From the NCBI GenBank assembly GCA_027451805.1, contig DAIDIF010000023.1, positions 268 through 64,267 of the forward strand: a DNA stretch of 64,000 nt. Direction: 5' to 3'. Below, in pieces: positions 49,431-59,200 of the stretch. A program made the translations under genes and the position numbers. This DNA is from Acidobacteriota bacterium (GTDB lineage: Bacteria > Acidobacteriota > Terriglobia > Terriglobales > SCQP01). Under the pieces are notes generated by a model. The model had not been told where the DNA came from. It saw nothing but the letters and a program-made list of their open reading frames with translations, and made no database searches. Position 1 is the stretch's first letter. The number at the start of each line of letters is the position of its first letter.

Positions 49431-49952
49431 ATGGACTTCCTGTTCTCGCCCTGGCGTTACCGCTACCTCACCGAGGCACGCACGCCGGCGGGCCAAGCGG
49501 CGGACGGCTGCGTGCTGTGCGCGCAGCTCGCCGCCGGCGATGACCGCCAGGCGCTGGTGGTGTATCGCGGGCGGCTGGCGGCGGTGATGCTAAACCGCTA
49601 TCCCTACACCGTCGGCCATCTCATGGTGCTGCCGTACGCGCATTGCGCCACGCTGCGCACGTGCGGCGCGGAGGCGCGGCACGAGATCATGGAACTGGCC
49701 GCGCAGGGGGAAGCGGCGTTGGAGGCGGAGTATCACCCGGAAGGCTTGAACGTGGGCGTCAATCTGGGCGCGGCGGCGGGCGCGGGCATCGCCGGCCACC
49801 TGCACCTGCACGTGGTGCCACGCTGGATGGGCGATGCCAATTTCATCAGCGTCGTGGGCGAGACGCGGGTGCTGCCGGAACGGCTGGAGGACACCTACGG
49901 GCGGCTGGAGCGCGCCTTTGCCGCGCTCCAGCCCGCAAGCGGCAAGGTGTGA
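49431..49952 (+). CDS. HIT family nucleotide hydrolase/transferase
   Basis: Histidine triad GHLHLHVVPR, preceded by NRYPYTVGHLMVLP. Confidence 0.85.
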   Translation: MDFLFSPWRYRYLTEARTPAGQAADGCVLCAQLAAGDDRQALVVYRGRLAAVMLNRYPYTVGHLMVLPYAHCATLRTCGAEARHEIMELAAQGEAALEAEYHPEGLNVGVNLGAAAGAGIAGHLHLHVVPRWMGDANFISVVGETRVLPERLEDTYGRLERAFAALQPASGKV

Positions 49953-49982
49953 TCGGCCGGGGCGAATCGGCGCGGTTTGCGC

Positions 49983-51212
<1,230 letters not shown>

Positions 51213-51304
51213 CCGGCGCCGGGGGACGGAGCCACCCGAACCGGCGCGCGCCGCGTCCTCCGCGGCTGGCCCGGCGGGGCGGTGCGAACTGCTGCCGGAA
51301 GGGG

Positions 51305-51559
51305 TCAGGCGGGCTCTCCCGCCTTGGCGCGGATGTAGTCCACGGCATCCTGCACGCGGCGGATCTTTTCCGTGTCTTCATCCGGAATCTGGACGTTGAA
51401 CACGCTTTCAAACTCCATCACCAGCTCGACCAGATCCAGCGAATCGGCGCCCAAGTCGTCCACGAAAGAAGCGGTGGAAGTGACTTCGCCCGGCTCAACG
51501 CCGAGCTTCTCGACCACGATGGAGCGTACCTTAGCTTCGATGTCATCGTTCTGGGGCAT
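51305..51559 (-). CDS. acpP: Acyl carrier protein
   Basis: Trimmed to [15 protein letters not shown].. (ATG 51557-51559). Contains the phosphopantetheine site DLGADSLD. Confidence 0.95.
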   Translation of the reverse strand: MPQNDDIEAKVRSIVVEKLGVEPGEVTSTASFVDDLGADSLDLVELVMEFESVFNVQIPDEDTEKIRRVQDAVDYIRAKAGEPA

Positions 51560-51609
51560 TCGCTTCGTCCTCCGGCCGTTCGGCCACGGCGCATAGCGCG
51601 CGAAAAACC

Positions 51610-52257
51610 TTATGATACACGATGCTCGCGCCAAGCCGCTTCCAGCCGCGCGGCGGGGATGGCGCCCGGGCGCAGGACGCGCGGCTCGGGGCCGCAGAGA
51701 TCAACCACGGTGGAGGGCAGGGCGGACGGGGTGGGGCCACCGTCGGCCAGCAGCGGGCAATCCGCGCCGAATTGGGCGGCCACCTCCGCGGCGGTACGGC
51801 AGGCGGGTTGGCCACTGCGGTTGGCGCTGGTGAGCGTGAGCGGCACGCCGGCGAGGCGCAGCAGCTCGGCGAGCAAGGGCAGATCGGGCTGGCGCAGGCC
51901 GACCGCGCCGCGGCCGGCGGTGACGGCAGCCGCCAGGTGCGGGCCGGCAGGCACCACCAGGGTGAGCGCCCCCGGCCAAAACGCCTGGACGAGGCGGTCG
52001 AAGAGCGGGGGCAGCGATGCCGCCAGCGCCGCCGCCTGCGCGCGGCCACGCACCGCCACCGGCAGCGGCTGATCGAACCCGCGCCCCTTGAGCGCGAACA
52101 CGCGCGCCACGGCGGCGGGGTCGAGCGCGTTGGCGGCAAGACCGTAGACGGTGTCGGTGGGCAGCGCCACCACGGCGCCGGCGGCGATGGCGGCGGCGAG
52201 AGCGGCAACCACCGCCGGGTCGGGATGGTGCACATCAAGGGCGAGCACGTTCGGCAT
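51610..52257 (-). CDS. tsaC: L-threonylcarbamoyladenylate synthase (TsaC/YrdC type)
   Basis: ..[23 protein letters not shown].. and ..SANRSG.. motifs. The 215-aa length fits the short YrdC form. Confidence 0.85.
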   Translation of the reverse strand: MPNVLALDVHHPDPAVVAALAAAIAAGAVVALPTDTVYGLAANALDPAAVARVFALKGRGFDQPLPVAVRGRAQAAALAASLPPLFDRLVQAFWPGALTLVVPAGPHLAAAVTAGRGAVGLRQPDLPLLAELLRLAGVPLTLTSANRSGQPACRTAAEVAAQFGADCPLLADGGPTPSALPSTVVDLCGPEPRVLRPGAIPAARLEAAWREHRVS

Positions 52258-52281
52258 GGTTGATCAGTTTGCCACCCGGCC

Positions 52282-52322
52282 GGGAAAAATAACGAAGGGG
52301 GACGATGTCTCGCCCCCCTTCG
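52282..52322 (-). terminator. Rho-independent terminator (minus strand)
   Basis: On the minus strand, a 9-bp GC-rich stem (CGAAGGGGG/CCCCCTTCG) with a 12-nt loop is followed by TTATTTTTCCC. It lies 25 nt after the micro-ORF stop and 25 nt before the tsaC ATG. Confidence 0.65.
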
Positions 52323-52347
52323 CCCAATTCCCGAAGAACTTGCGTTG

Positions 52348-52419
52348 CTACTTTTTCTTCGAGGTCTTCTTCGCCGCCGGCTTCTTCGCAGCCTTCTTGG
52401 CGGGTTTCTTCGTTGCCAT
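52348..52419 (-). CDS. Candidate 23-aa Lys/Ala-rich micro-protein MATKKPAKKAAKKPAAKKTSKKK
   Basis: Not in the track because it is too short. ATG at 52417-52419 with GGAGAATAGTC upstream. Flanked by a promoter-like element and an intrinsic terminator. It could alternatively be a non-coding sRNA. Confidence 0.4.
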   Translation of the reverse strand: MATKKPAKKAAKKPAAKKTSKKK

Positions 52420-52475
52420 GACTATTCTCCAATCGAACAGAATCTGCGCGAGCGAACCCGCGCAGGATAAGTGCA

Positions 52476-52504
52476 TGTATAGAATTTGCGCGCGCGGGTG
52501 TCAA
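52476..52504 (-). promoter_or_regulatory. Sigma70-type promoter candidate driving the micro-ORF unit
   Basis: Minus strand: TTGACA (52504-52499), a 17-nt spacer, then TATACA (52481-52476). A predicted ~55-nt leader contains a CTGCGCG/CGCGCAG hairpin. Confidence 0.45.
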
Positions 52505-52663
52505 GCGAAAAAGTGAACCGCGGCGGCGCACGGTCGCGCGGCGAGCGTGAAGCGCGGCGCGCAGCGCAGCACGTGCGGCCATGGTGGCGGCGGCCGGCGC
52601 CGGCGCCGCAACCCGCGCACCGCGCGCAACGTCCTAGACTATAGGCGCAGCCGCCGCTCCTTC

Positions 52664-53740
52664 ATGAAGCCCTCGATTCTCCGCATTATCCTTTGCTCCG
52701 CACTGTTCGCGGTTGCGGCCGTGGCGCAGGAGCTGCCGGGAGCGCGCATCGCACCGATCACGCCCGGACGCGGCGCCCCGCCGGCCGCACCGGCCGCGGG
52801 CAGGCGGGCGGCGGCGCAGATTCCGACCATCGTCGCCAACACCAACCTGGTAAACATGGTCTTCAGCGTGGAGGGCAAGCACCACGCCTTCCTCTCCCAC
52901 CTGCAGCGCGGCGACTTCCGCGTGCTGGAGGACGGGCGCCCGCAGCGCATCCGGTTCTTCTCGGTGGAGGACCAGCTCCCGCTGACGCTGGGCCTGCTGC
53001 TGGACACCAGCCCCAGCCAGGCGGGCGTGCTCAGCGAAGAGCAGGCCATCAGCGATGCGTTCTTCCGCCAGGTGATCACGCCCAAGGACCTGGCGTTCGT
53101 CGTGGGCTTCGATGTGAGCGCGATGCTGCTGCAGGATTTGACCTCGTCGCCGGCGCTGCTCAGCCACGCGGTCAATCACGCCCACATCGGAGGCACCGAC
53201 GCCAGCAGCATCGGCATCCTCAATCCGGGACCGTTCCCCAACCAGGGGGCGCAGGGCGCGACCCACCTGTGGGATGCGATCTACCTTGCCTGCCACGACG
53301 AGCTGGCGCACCAGGTGGGGCGCAAGGCGATCATCGTGGTGACCGACGGCGGCGAGCAGGGCAGCACCTATACCCACACCGACGCGCTGCGGGCGGCGCT
53401 GGACAGCAACACGGTGGTCTTCGCGGTGATCGCCTACGACCGCCATTTCAACGGCTACGGCTTCGGCGGCATGGGCCCGGGGCCGGGGCAGTTGCGGCAG
53501 ATCGCCAAGGAGACCGGCGGGCGGACGATCAACGCCGGCCGGAACCTGCAGCCGGCGTTCGCGCAGATCGAGCAGGAGCTGCGCAGCCAGTACACGCTGG
53601 GCTATCAGTCCGACCGGCGGAGGTTCGACGGCAAGTTCCGGCGGGTGCAGATCGAGCTGGCCGGCGCGGCCAAGAAGCAGCATCCCGGAGCGAAGGTGCG
53701 GGCGCGCAGCGGCTACTTCGCCGTCCCGCCCGGGAACTAG
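52664..53740 (+). CDS. Secreted von Willebrand factor A (VWA) domain protein
   Basis: Trimmed to MKPSILRIILCSALFAVAAVAQ (ATG 52664). VWA-like core LTLGLLLDTSPSQ (MIDAS-like D-x-S-x-S) and ..IIVVTDGGEQGS... Confidence 0.75.
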   Translation: MKPSILRIILCSALFAVAAVAQELPGARIAPITPGRGAPPAAPAAGRRAAAQIPTIVANTNLVNMVFSVEGKHHAFLSHLQRGDFRVLEDGRPQRIRFFSVEDQLPLTLGLLLDTSPSQAGVLSEEQAISDAFFRQVITPKDLAFVVGFDVSAMLLQDLTSSPALLSHAVNHAHIGGTDASSIGILNPGPFPNQGAQGATHLWDAIYLACHDELAHQVGRKAIIVVTDGGEQGSTYTHTDALRAALDSNTVVFAVIAYDRHFNGYGFGGMGPGPGQLRQIAKETGGRTINAGRNLQPAFAQIEQELRSQYTLGYQSDRRRFDGKFRRVQIELAGAAKKQHPGAKVRARSGYFAVPPGN

Positions 53741-53745
53741 CGGGT

Positions 53746-54330
53746 TCAGGGGTGGAACAACGCGAGCTGGCGCTGCGCGCCCGCCAGGGCCGCGCCCACC
53801 GGGGCATAGCTGCGGCGGTGCAGGGGCGAGGGTCCGCAACGCTGCAAGGCAGCGAGGTGCTCGGGCGAGGCGTAGCCCTTGTTGCCGGCGAGGCGGTAGG
53901 CGGGGAAGACCGGGTCCCAGGCGCGCAGCAGCGCGTCGCGGTGCACCTTGGCGAGGATCGAGGCGGCGGCGATCGAGATGGAGCGGGCATCGCCGTGGAT
54001 CAGGGCGCGCTGCTCGCCCGGCCAGTCGAGCGCGACCGCATCCACCAGCAGGCAATCGGGGCGCAGAGGCAGCGCGGCGACGGCGGCGCGCATGGCGCGG
54101 CGGGACGCCTGCAGGATGTTCACCGCGTCAATGGCGGCGGCGTCCTCGGCGGCGACCGCCCAGGCCAGGGCGCGGGCGCGGATGGCGCGGTCCAGGCGCT
54201 CGCGCGTGGGCGCATCGAGCAGCTTGGAATCGTTGAGGCCGCGGATGCGATCGGCGGGATTCAGCACCACCGCGGCCGCCACCACCGCCCCGAAGAGCGA
54301 ACCGCGTCCGGCCTCGTCCACCCCGGCCAC
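53746..54330 (-). CDS. rnhB: Ribonuclease HII (annotated from the GTG; the true N-terminus is probably further upstream, see findings)
   Basis: GVDEAGRGSLFGAVVAAAVVL, ..LNDSKLL.. and ..HGDA..SIAAASILAK.. motifs. Confidence 0.85.
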   Translation of the reverse strand: MAGVDEAGRGSLFGAVVAAAVVLNPADRIRGLNDSKLLDAPTRERLDRAIRARALAWAVAAEDAAAIDAVNILQASRRAMRAAVAALPLRPDCLLVDAVALDWPGEQRALIHGDARSISIAAASILAKVHRDALLRAWDPVFPAYRLAGNKGYASPEHLAALQRCGPSPLHRRSYAPVGAALAGAQRQLALFHP

Positions 54331-54402
54331 GCAGGCGAAACCCTGCGCCCAAGCCTCGCGCTCAAAGCTGGCGTCGCAGCGCGTGGGAGCCTCGGCGCGC
54401 GG

Positions 54403-54783
54403 TCAGGACTTGGCCGGAGCCTTTTTGACGGCGGACTCGACTTCGCGGATGCGGGCGGCTTTGCCGCGCAGGCCGCGCAGGTAGTACAGCTTGGCGCGGC
54501 GGACGCGGCCGGTGCGCACCAGCTCGACGCGGTCAATCACGCGCGCGTTGACCGGGAAGATGCGCTCGACGCCCTGGCCAAAGGAGATTTTGCGGACGGT
54601 GAAGGAGCGGCGGGCGCCGCGGTCGTTGCGGGCGATGCAGACCCCCTCGAACGCCTGCACGCGCTCCTTGTCGCCTTCGCGGATTTTGACGTGGACGCGA
54701 ATGGTGTCGCCGGGGTGAAAGGCGGGCAGGGGCGAACCGGCTTGCTGGTCGGCAAATTTCTGGATGGCAGGCTTCAGACTCAT
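54403..54783 (-). CDS. rplS: 50S ribosomal protein L19
   Basis: ..[50 protein letters not shown].. is the canonical L19 sequence. Confidence 0.95.
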   Translation of the reverse strand: MSLKPAIQKFADQQAGSPLPAFHPGDTIRVHVKIREGDKERVQAFEGVCIARNDRGARRSFTVRKISFGQGVERIFPVNARVIDRVELVRTGRVRRAKLYYLRGLRGKAARIREVESAVKKAPAKS

Positions 54784-54842
54784 GGGGGCTCTCCGCGGCC
54801 AAACCGCCGCCGGGAATAGACCAACAGTTTAGCAGACGTGCG

Positions 54843-55586
54843 TCAGATCCGGTCCGGATGCCGGGCGAACCAGGCTTCGGCCTGAGCCAAATCCTCGGGT
54901 GTGTCGATGCCGAGGGTGTTGCAGTCGGTGGCCGCCATGGCGATGCGGATCCCGTGGTCGAGGAAGCGCAACTGCTCCAGGCGTTCCGCCAACTCCAGCG
55001 CCGAGGGCGGCCAGGCGTGGAAGGCCTCGAGCGCGGCGCGCGAATAGGCGTAGTAGCCGAGGTGCTTGAGGTACTGCGGCGCGGCCTCGCGCGGGTAGGG
55101 GATTACGGCGCGGGAAAAATACAGGGCGCGGCCGTTGGCTTCAATCACCACCTTGCAGACGCTCGGCGGCTGGGCCTCTTCGGCGGCGACCGGGGTGTAG
55201 AGCGAGGCGACCTCGACCTCGGGCGCGGCAAAAAGCGCTTCCACCAGCGTGGTGAGCATTTCGGGACGGACCATCGGCTCATCGCCCTGAATGTTCACCG
55301 CGGCATCGGCGCCCAGCTCGCGCGCCACTTGCCACACCCGATCCGTACCCGATGCGTGCGCCGGCGACGTCAGATACACGGGAATACCGGCGCCGCGGCA
55401 GAAGCCGGCAATCTCCTCGCCGTCGGTGGCCACGACCACGGATTGCAGCAGGGAGCAGCCGGCGGCGCCCTGGTAGACCCGTTGGATCATCGGGACACCG
55501 GCGATGTGGCGCAGCGGCTTGCCGGGCAGGCGGGTGGCGCCCATGCGGGCGGGAATCACGCCGACGATGTTGGACGTAGGGCGCAT
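54843..55586 (-). CDS. kdsB: 3-deoxy-manno-octulosonate cytidylyltransferase (CMP-Kdo synthetase)
   Basis: VIPARMGATRLPGKPL, ..SGTDRV.. and ..NIQGDEP.. motifs. Confidence 0.9.
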   Translation of the reverse strand: MRPTSNIVGVIPARMGATRLPGKPLRHIAGVPMIQRVYQGAAGCSLLQSVVVATDGEEIAGFCRGAGIPVYLTSPAHASGTDRVWQVARELGADAAVNIQGDEPMVRPEMLTTLVEALFAAPEVEVASLYTPVAAEEAQPPSVCKVVIEANGRALYFSRAVIPYPREAAPQYLKHLGYYAYSRAALEAFHAWPPSALELAERLEQLRFLDHGIRIAMAATDCNTLGIDTPEDLAQAEAWFARHPDRI

Positions 55587-55622
55587 GGACTTTAGGGTAC
55601 CGTAGGCTGGAGGTCACATCGC

Positions 55623-56525
55623 ATGCGGATGGCGCAGATTGCGGGCGCGGTGATGCTGGCGGCGGGCCTGGCCTGGGGACAGGCGGCGACGCTGCACGGC
55701 AAGGTGGCGGAGTCGTCGGGCGCGGCGATTCCGAACGCGCAGGTGGAGGCCACCAGCATGGCCACCGGGATGGCGCGGCGGGCGCAGAGCGATGCCACGG
55801 GCGGCTACACCCTGCCCGGGCTGGCAGCCGGCAGCTACACCGTGACCTTTAGTGCGGCCGGCTTCACCAGCCGCAGCCGGCAGGTCAGGCTGACGGCGGG
55901 CGCGGAGCAGGCGCTCAACGCCGCGCTCACGCCGGCGCTCTCGCTGGGAAGCCTGGGCTTTCCCGCGTCGGAGACCCAGGGCAACGCGCAAGAGCAGGCG
56001 CTGCTCAACCGGCGCTCGCACATGCTGCACATCCATCAGAACCTGGGGCTGATCACCATGATTCCGCTGGTGGCGACGGTGGTGTCGGGCGGCTTCGCCG
56101 GCGGACGCGCCAGCCACACCGGGTCGCGCAACCTGCACGCCATTCTGGGAACCACCACGGCGGCGCTGTACGCCGCCACCGCCTACTACGCGATCGCGGC
56201 GCCCAAGATCAAGGGCGTGAAGAAGAAAGGGCCGATCAAGCTGCACGAGGCGATGGCGTGGATCCACGTGCCGGGGATGATTCTGACCCCGATTCTGGGC
56301 GCCATGGCCTATTCGCAGCGCAGCAAGGGCGAGCGCGTGCACGGCATCGCGCGGCTGCACGGACAGGTGGCGGTGATCACGCTGGCGGCGTACACGATCG
56401 CGTTGCTGGCGGTAACGGTGCATTCCGGGCCGGTCGGGCACGCGGCGGCGCACTCGCTCCACGCCGCCTTGCATCTGTTCGGGCGCCGCCGGCCGAACGC
56501 TCCGGTGGAGGGGGCGCAACTATGA
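55623..56525 (+). CDS. Fusion of a carboxypeptidase-regulatory-like domain with a His-rich 4-TM domain (possible b-type cytochrome)
   Basis: Signal peptide, then LHGKVAESSGAAIPNAQVEATS..GGYTLPGLAAGSYTVTFSAAGF (CarboxypepD_reg-like). Four predicted TM helices follow, each with or next to a His (HMLHIH.., ..LHAILG.., ..HEAMAWIHVPG.., ..HGIARLHGQ..). Its stop overlaps the yceI-like ATG (ATGA). Confidence 0.5.
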   Translation: MRMAQIAGAVMLAAGLAWGQAATLHGKVAESSGAAIPNAQVEATSMATGMARRAQSDATGGYTLPGLAAGSYTVTFSAAGFTSRSRQVRLTAGAEQALNAALTPALSLGSLGFPASETQGNAQEQALLNRRSHMLHIHQNLGLITMIPLVATVVSGGFAGGRASHTGSRNLHAILGTTTAALYAATAYYAIAAPKIKGVKKKGPIKLHEAMAWIHVPGMILTPILGAMAYSQRSKGERVHGIARLHGQVAVITLAAYTIALLAVTVHSGPVGHAAAHSLHAALHLFGRRRPNAPVEGAQL

Positions 56526-57058
56526 AGAAGTGGCTTGGAGTTGCGGTACTGCTGCTGGCGGCGCCGGCAATGGCGCAGGCGCGGACCTGGCAACTGCAGA
56601 GCTCGACGCTGACCTACCATGTGGTGCATCCGCTGCATCACGCCGAGGGCGTGAGCCATGCGGCGCGCGGCAAGGGCGTGTGCCAGGCGGGCACGTGCAA
56701 CTTCCTGGTGGCGGCGCCGGTGAAGTCGTTCCAGTCGGGCGACACCAACCGCGACCTGCACATGCTGCAGGTCACGCGCGGCGCCCAGTACCCGATGGTG
56801 GTGGTGCGGGTGACGGTGCCTTTGGCCGAGCTGCATCCGGGGACGCTGAAAGCCGACCTGGAGGTGCAGTTCGCCGGCCAGGACGTGCACTATGCCCAGG
56901 TGCCGTTCCAGATCTCGGCGCAGGGGAAGGACCTTGTGCTCAGCGGCACTGTGCCGGCCACGCTCACTGATTTCAAGATCACGCCGCCGGAGCTGCTGAT
57001 GATGCCGATCCGGAACCAGATCCCGGTGACGGTGCGGATGACCTGGGCGCCAGGCTAA
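56522..57058 (+). CDS. YceI-like periplasmic polyisoprenoid-binding protein
   Basis: Trimmed to MKKWLGVAVLLLAAPAMAQA (ATG 56522). Has a YceI-like beta-barrel length and a ..SFQSGDTNRDLHM.. motif. Confidence 0.7.
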   Translation: MKKWLGVAVLLLAAPAMAQARTWQLQSSTLTYHVVHPLHHAEGVSHAARGKGVCQAGTCNFLVAAPVKSFQSGDTNRDLHMLQVTRGAQYPMVVVRVTVPLAELHPGTLKADLEVQFAGQDVHYAQVPFQISAQGKDLVLSGTVPATLTDFKITPPELLMMPIRNQIPVTVRMTWAPG

Positions 57059-57609
57059 GCCAGGCGCTCGAGCCAGGCGGCGCGGGTCAGCACCTCGGCC
57101 TGGCGGGGAAAGAGCTTCTGCATCAGCACCGCGTGGACTTCGGCGTCGAAGTCGGCGCAAACGTCGGATAAGACCGTGAGCTGAAAATCGCGGTCGGCGG
57201 CTTCGCGCAGCGTCGACAGCACCACGCCGCTGGTGGCGATGCCGGCGAGCACGAGATGGCGGAGCTCGCGGGCGCGCAGCACCACCTCGAGGTCGCTGCC
57301 GGCGAAGGCGCTGACGCGGCGCTTGACCACGACCACCTCGCCTTCGGCGGGCGCCAGGGACGGGCGCGCCTCGGTGAGCCCGGGCATGGCCAAGCGGGCG
57401 TTGCGGAACGCCTGGTTGCGCGGGCTGATCTCCGGAAAGCCGGGGCGGAAGCCGACCACGACGTGAAGGACGGGCAGCGCGGCGGCGCGCGCGGCCGCGA
57501 CGGCGTCAGCGGCGGCGGCGAGATAGGCGGCCGGGTCGGGCAGGCGGTCCACGATGCCGGGCTGCACGTCCATCAGCAGCAGCGCGGCGTCGGCGTAGTC
57601 GGAAGGCAT
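57055..57609 (-). CDS. Isochorismatase-family cysteine hydrolase
   Basis: ALLLMDVQ.., ..KRRVSAFAGSDL.. and ..LAGIATSGVVLST.. motifs. Confidence 0.8.
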   Translation of the reverse strand: MPSDYADAALLLMDVQPGIVDRLPDPAAYLAAAADAVAAARAAALPVLHVVVGFRPGFPEISPRNQAFRNARLAMPGLTEARPSLAPAEGEVVVVKRRVSAFAGSDLEVVLRARELRHLVLAGIATSGVVLSTLREAADRDFQLTVLSDVCADFDAEVHAVLMQKLFPRQAEVLTRAAWLERLA

Positions 57610-57612
57610 GAA

Positions 57613-58356
57613 TCAATTCTCGCTCAGGAACGCGCGATCCTGGGGCGAAAGCTCGAGCTGGGCGAACAGATCGGGGCGCAAGCGGCGGGTTTTCAGCAAC
57701 GCCTGGCCGCGGCGCCAGCGCGCGATGGCGGCGTGGTCGCCGCCGCGCAGCACCGCGGGCACGGCGCAGCCCTCGAACTCGAGCGGCCGGGTGTAATGCG
57801 GGCAGTCGAGCGTCAGCGGCGAGGAGAACGACTCGTTGACGGCGGACTGCTCATGGCCGAGCACGCCGGGCACCAGGCGGGCCACGGCATCGAGCACGAC
57901 CGCGGCCGCGAGTTCGCCGCCAGAGAGGATGAAGTCGCCGATCGAGATCTCCTCGTCCACCCAGTGCGCGGCGACCCGCTCGTCCACGCCCTCGTAGCGG
58001 CCGCAAATGAGGATCAGCCGGTCGAGCGCGGCGAAGGCGCGGGCATCGCTCTGACGAAAGGCGCGGCCCTGGGCGGAGAGCAGGCAGACGCGGGTGCGGC
58101 TTGCCGGCGGCTGCACGCCGGGCGGCGCGCCCAGCAGCGCGCCCAGGCAGGCGAAGATGGGCTCGGGTTTCATCACCATGCCCTCGCCGCCGCCGAAGGG
58201 ACGGTCGTCGGTGATGTGATGCGGGCCCGGAGCCCAGTCGCGCAGGTTGTGCACCGCGATCTCGAGCCGGCCGGCGGCGCGGGCGCGCGCCACCACGCCG
58301 TGAGCGAGGGGCGAGTCGAAGAAGGCGGGAAAGATGGTGACCAGATCGAAGCGCAT
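57613..58356 (-). CDS. trmD: tRNA (guanine37-N1)-methyltransferase
   Basis: MRFDLVTIFPAFF.., ..DDRPFGGGEGMVM.. and ..GRYEGVDERV.. motifs. An alternative TTG start at 58368 overlaps the rimM stop. Confidence 0.95.
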   Translation of the reverse strand: MRFDLVTIFPAFFDSPLAHGVVARARAAGRLEIAVHNLRDWAPGPHHITDDRPFGGGEGMVMKPEPIFACLGALLGAPPGVQPPASRTRVCLLSAQGRAFRQSDARAFAALDRLILICGRYEGVDERVAAHWVDEEISIGDFILSGGELAAAVVLDAVARLVPGVLGHEQSAVNESFSSPLTLDCPHYTRPLEFEGCAVPAVLRGGDHAAIARWRRGQALLKTRRLRPDLFAQLELSPQDRAFLSEN

Positions 58357-58364
58357 GGCAGGGT

Positions 58365-58907
58365 TCAAGGCTGATTGATCGCGGTCAGCCCATCGGGCAG
58401 GCGCAGCGCGAGACGGCGCTCAGCGAGCGAGACCGATTCGACGTAGGCGGCGGCGAAGGGGATGAGCAACTCGCCCGCGAGCGCGGCGACATGCAGGAGC
58501 GCGGCTGCCCCGGGCACCTCCTCGACCGCCGCGACTTCGCCCAGCGGCCGGCCATGGTCGAAGACCTGGCAGCCGACCAGATCGGAGACAAAGTAGGCGC
58601 CCGCCGGCGCGGGCGCGCGCTCGGCGGCGGGGACCTGGACTTCGGCGCCGACCCAGGCGGAGGCGGCGGTAAGATCGGCGATGCCGTCGAGCTCGAGCAC
58701 GACGCGGCCCTTATGCGGCCAGTGGTGGCGGAGGACGAAGGCGCGGCGCTCGCCCGAGCGGGCGAGCAGCCAGAGCCGGTCCAGGCCGGCAAAGCGGCCG
58801 GGGACGTCGGTGAGCAGGTCGGCGGCGAGCTCGCCCTTGCGGCCCTGGGTCTTGGCGACGCGCGCCACGGTGACCCAGGCCGGCGGGGATTCAGACGGGG
58901 CGGCCAT
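58365..58907 (-). CDS. rimM: 16S rRNA processing protein RimM
   Basis: ..VTVARVAKTQGRKGELAADLLTD.. plus a PRC-barrel C-terminal part. Canonical rpsP-KH-rimM-trmD-rplS neighbourhood. Confidence 0.85.
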   Translation of the reverse strand: MAAPSESPPAWVTVARVAKTQGRKGELAADLLTDVPGRFAGLDRLWLLARSGERRAFVLRHHWPHKGRVVLELDGIADLTAASAWVGAEVQVPAAERAPAPAGAYFVSDLVGCQVFDHGRPLGEVAAVEEVPGAAALLHVAALAGELLIPFAAAYVESVSLAERRLALRLPDGLTAINQP

Positions 58908-59178
58908 CGTCTTCCGGGTCCATGATGTTGAGCCCGGGGCGATCGTAGTCGCTGCCGCCTTGGGCGCGATAGCTGCCCTCCAGCAGGGCGCGCAGCGCGC
59001 GCGCGGTGCGGCCGCCGCGGCCGACGATGCGGGGAAAGTCCTCGGGCGCCACGCGCAGCTCCCAGCAGGGCGCCGGGGCGCGCTCCCCGGGACGCTGGCG
59101 CCGGACCACAGGGGCGATGCGCACGGCCTCGGGGTGCTGCACCAGGCCGCGCACCAGGTAGTTCAACAGCGATTCCAT
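58891..59178 (-). CDS. KH-domain RNA-binding protein (YlqC/UPF0109)
   Basis: ..LVRGLVQHPEAVRI.. and IVGRGGRTARALRALL (the GxxG KH loop). Confidence 0.8.
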   Translation of the reverse strand: MESLLNYLVRGLVQHPEAVRIAPVVRRQRPGERAPAPCWELRVAPEDFPRIVGRGGRTARALRALLEGSYRAQGGSDYDRPGLNIMDPEDDGRPV

Positions 59179-59200
59179 GGCATCCTCCGCCGGCGCCGGC

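Noticed and set aside
52151-52582. 121-aa plus-strand and 115-aa minus-strand ORFs between tsaC and the VWA gene
   Set aside because: Both are driven by the AAG/CTT-rich stretch (poly-Phe/Ala in one frame, Glu-rich in the other) and ignore the promoter, RBS and terminator signals. Those signals frame the 23-aa ORF instead.
54403-54405. Idea that the in-frame TGA between rplS and rnhB encodes selenocysteine (selB is in the window)
   Set aside because: I see no convincing SECIS-like stem-loop immediately downstream. L19 ends at its normal C-terminus, and no selenoprotein family is involved. Readthrough stays as a low-probability alternative in the finding, but the Sec interpretation is dropped.
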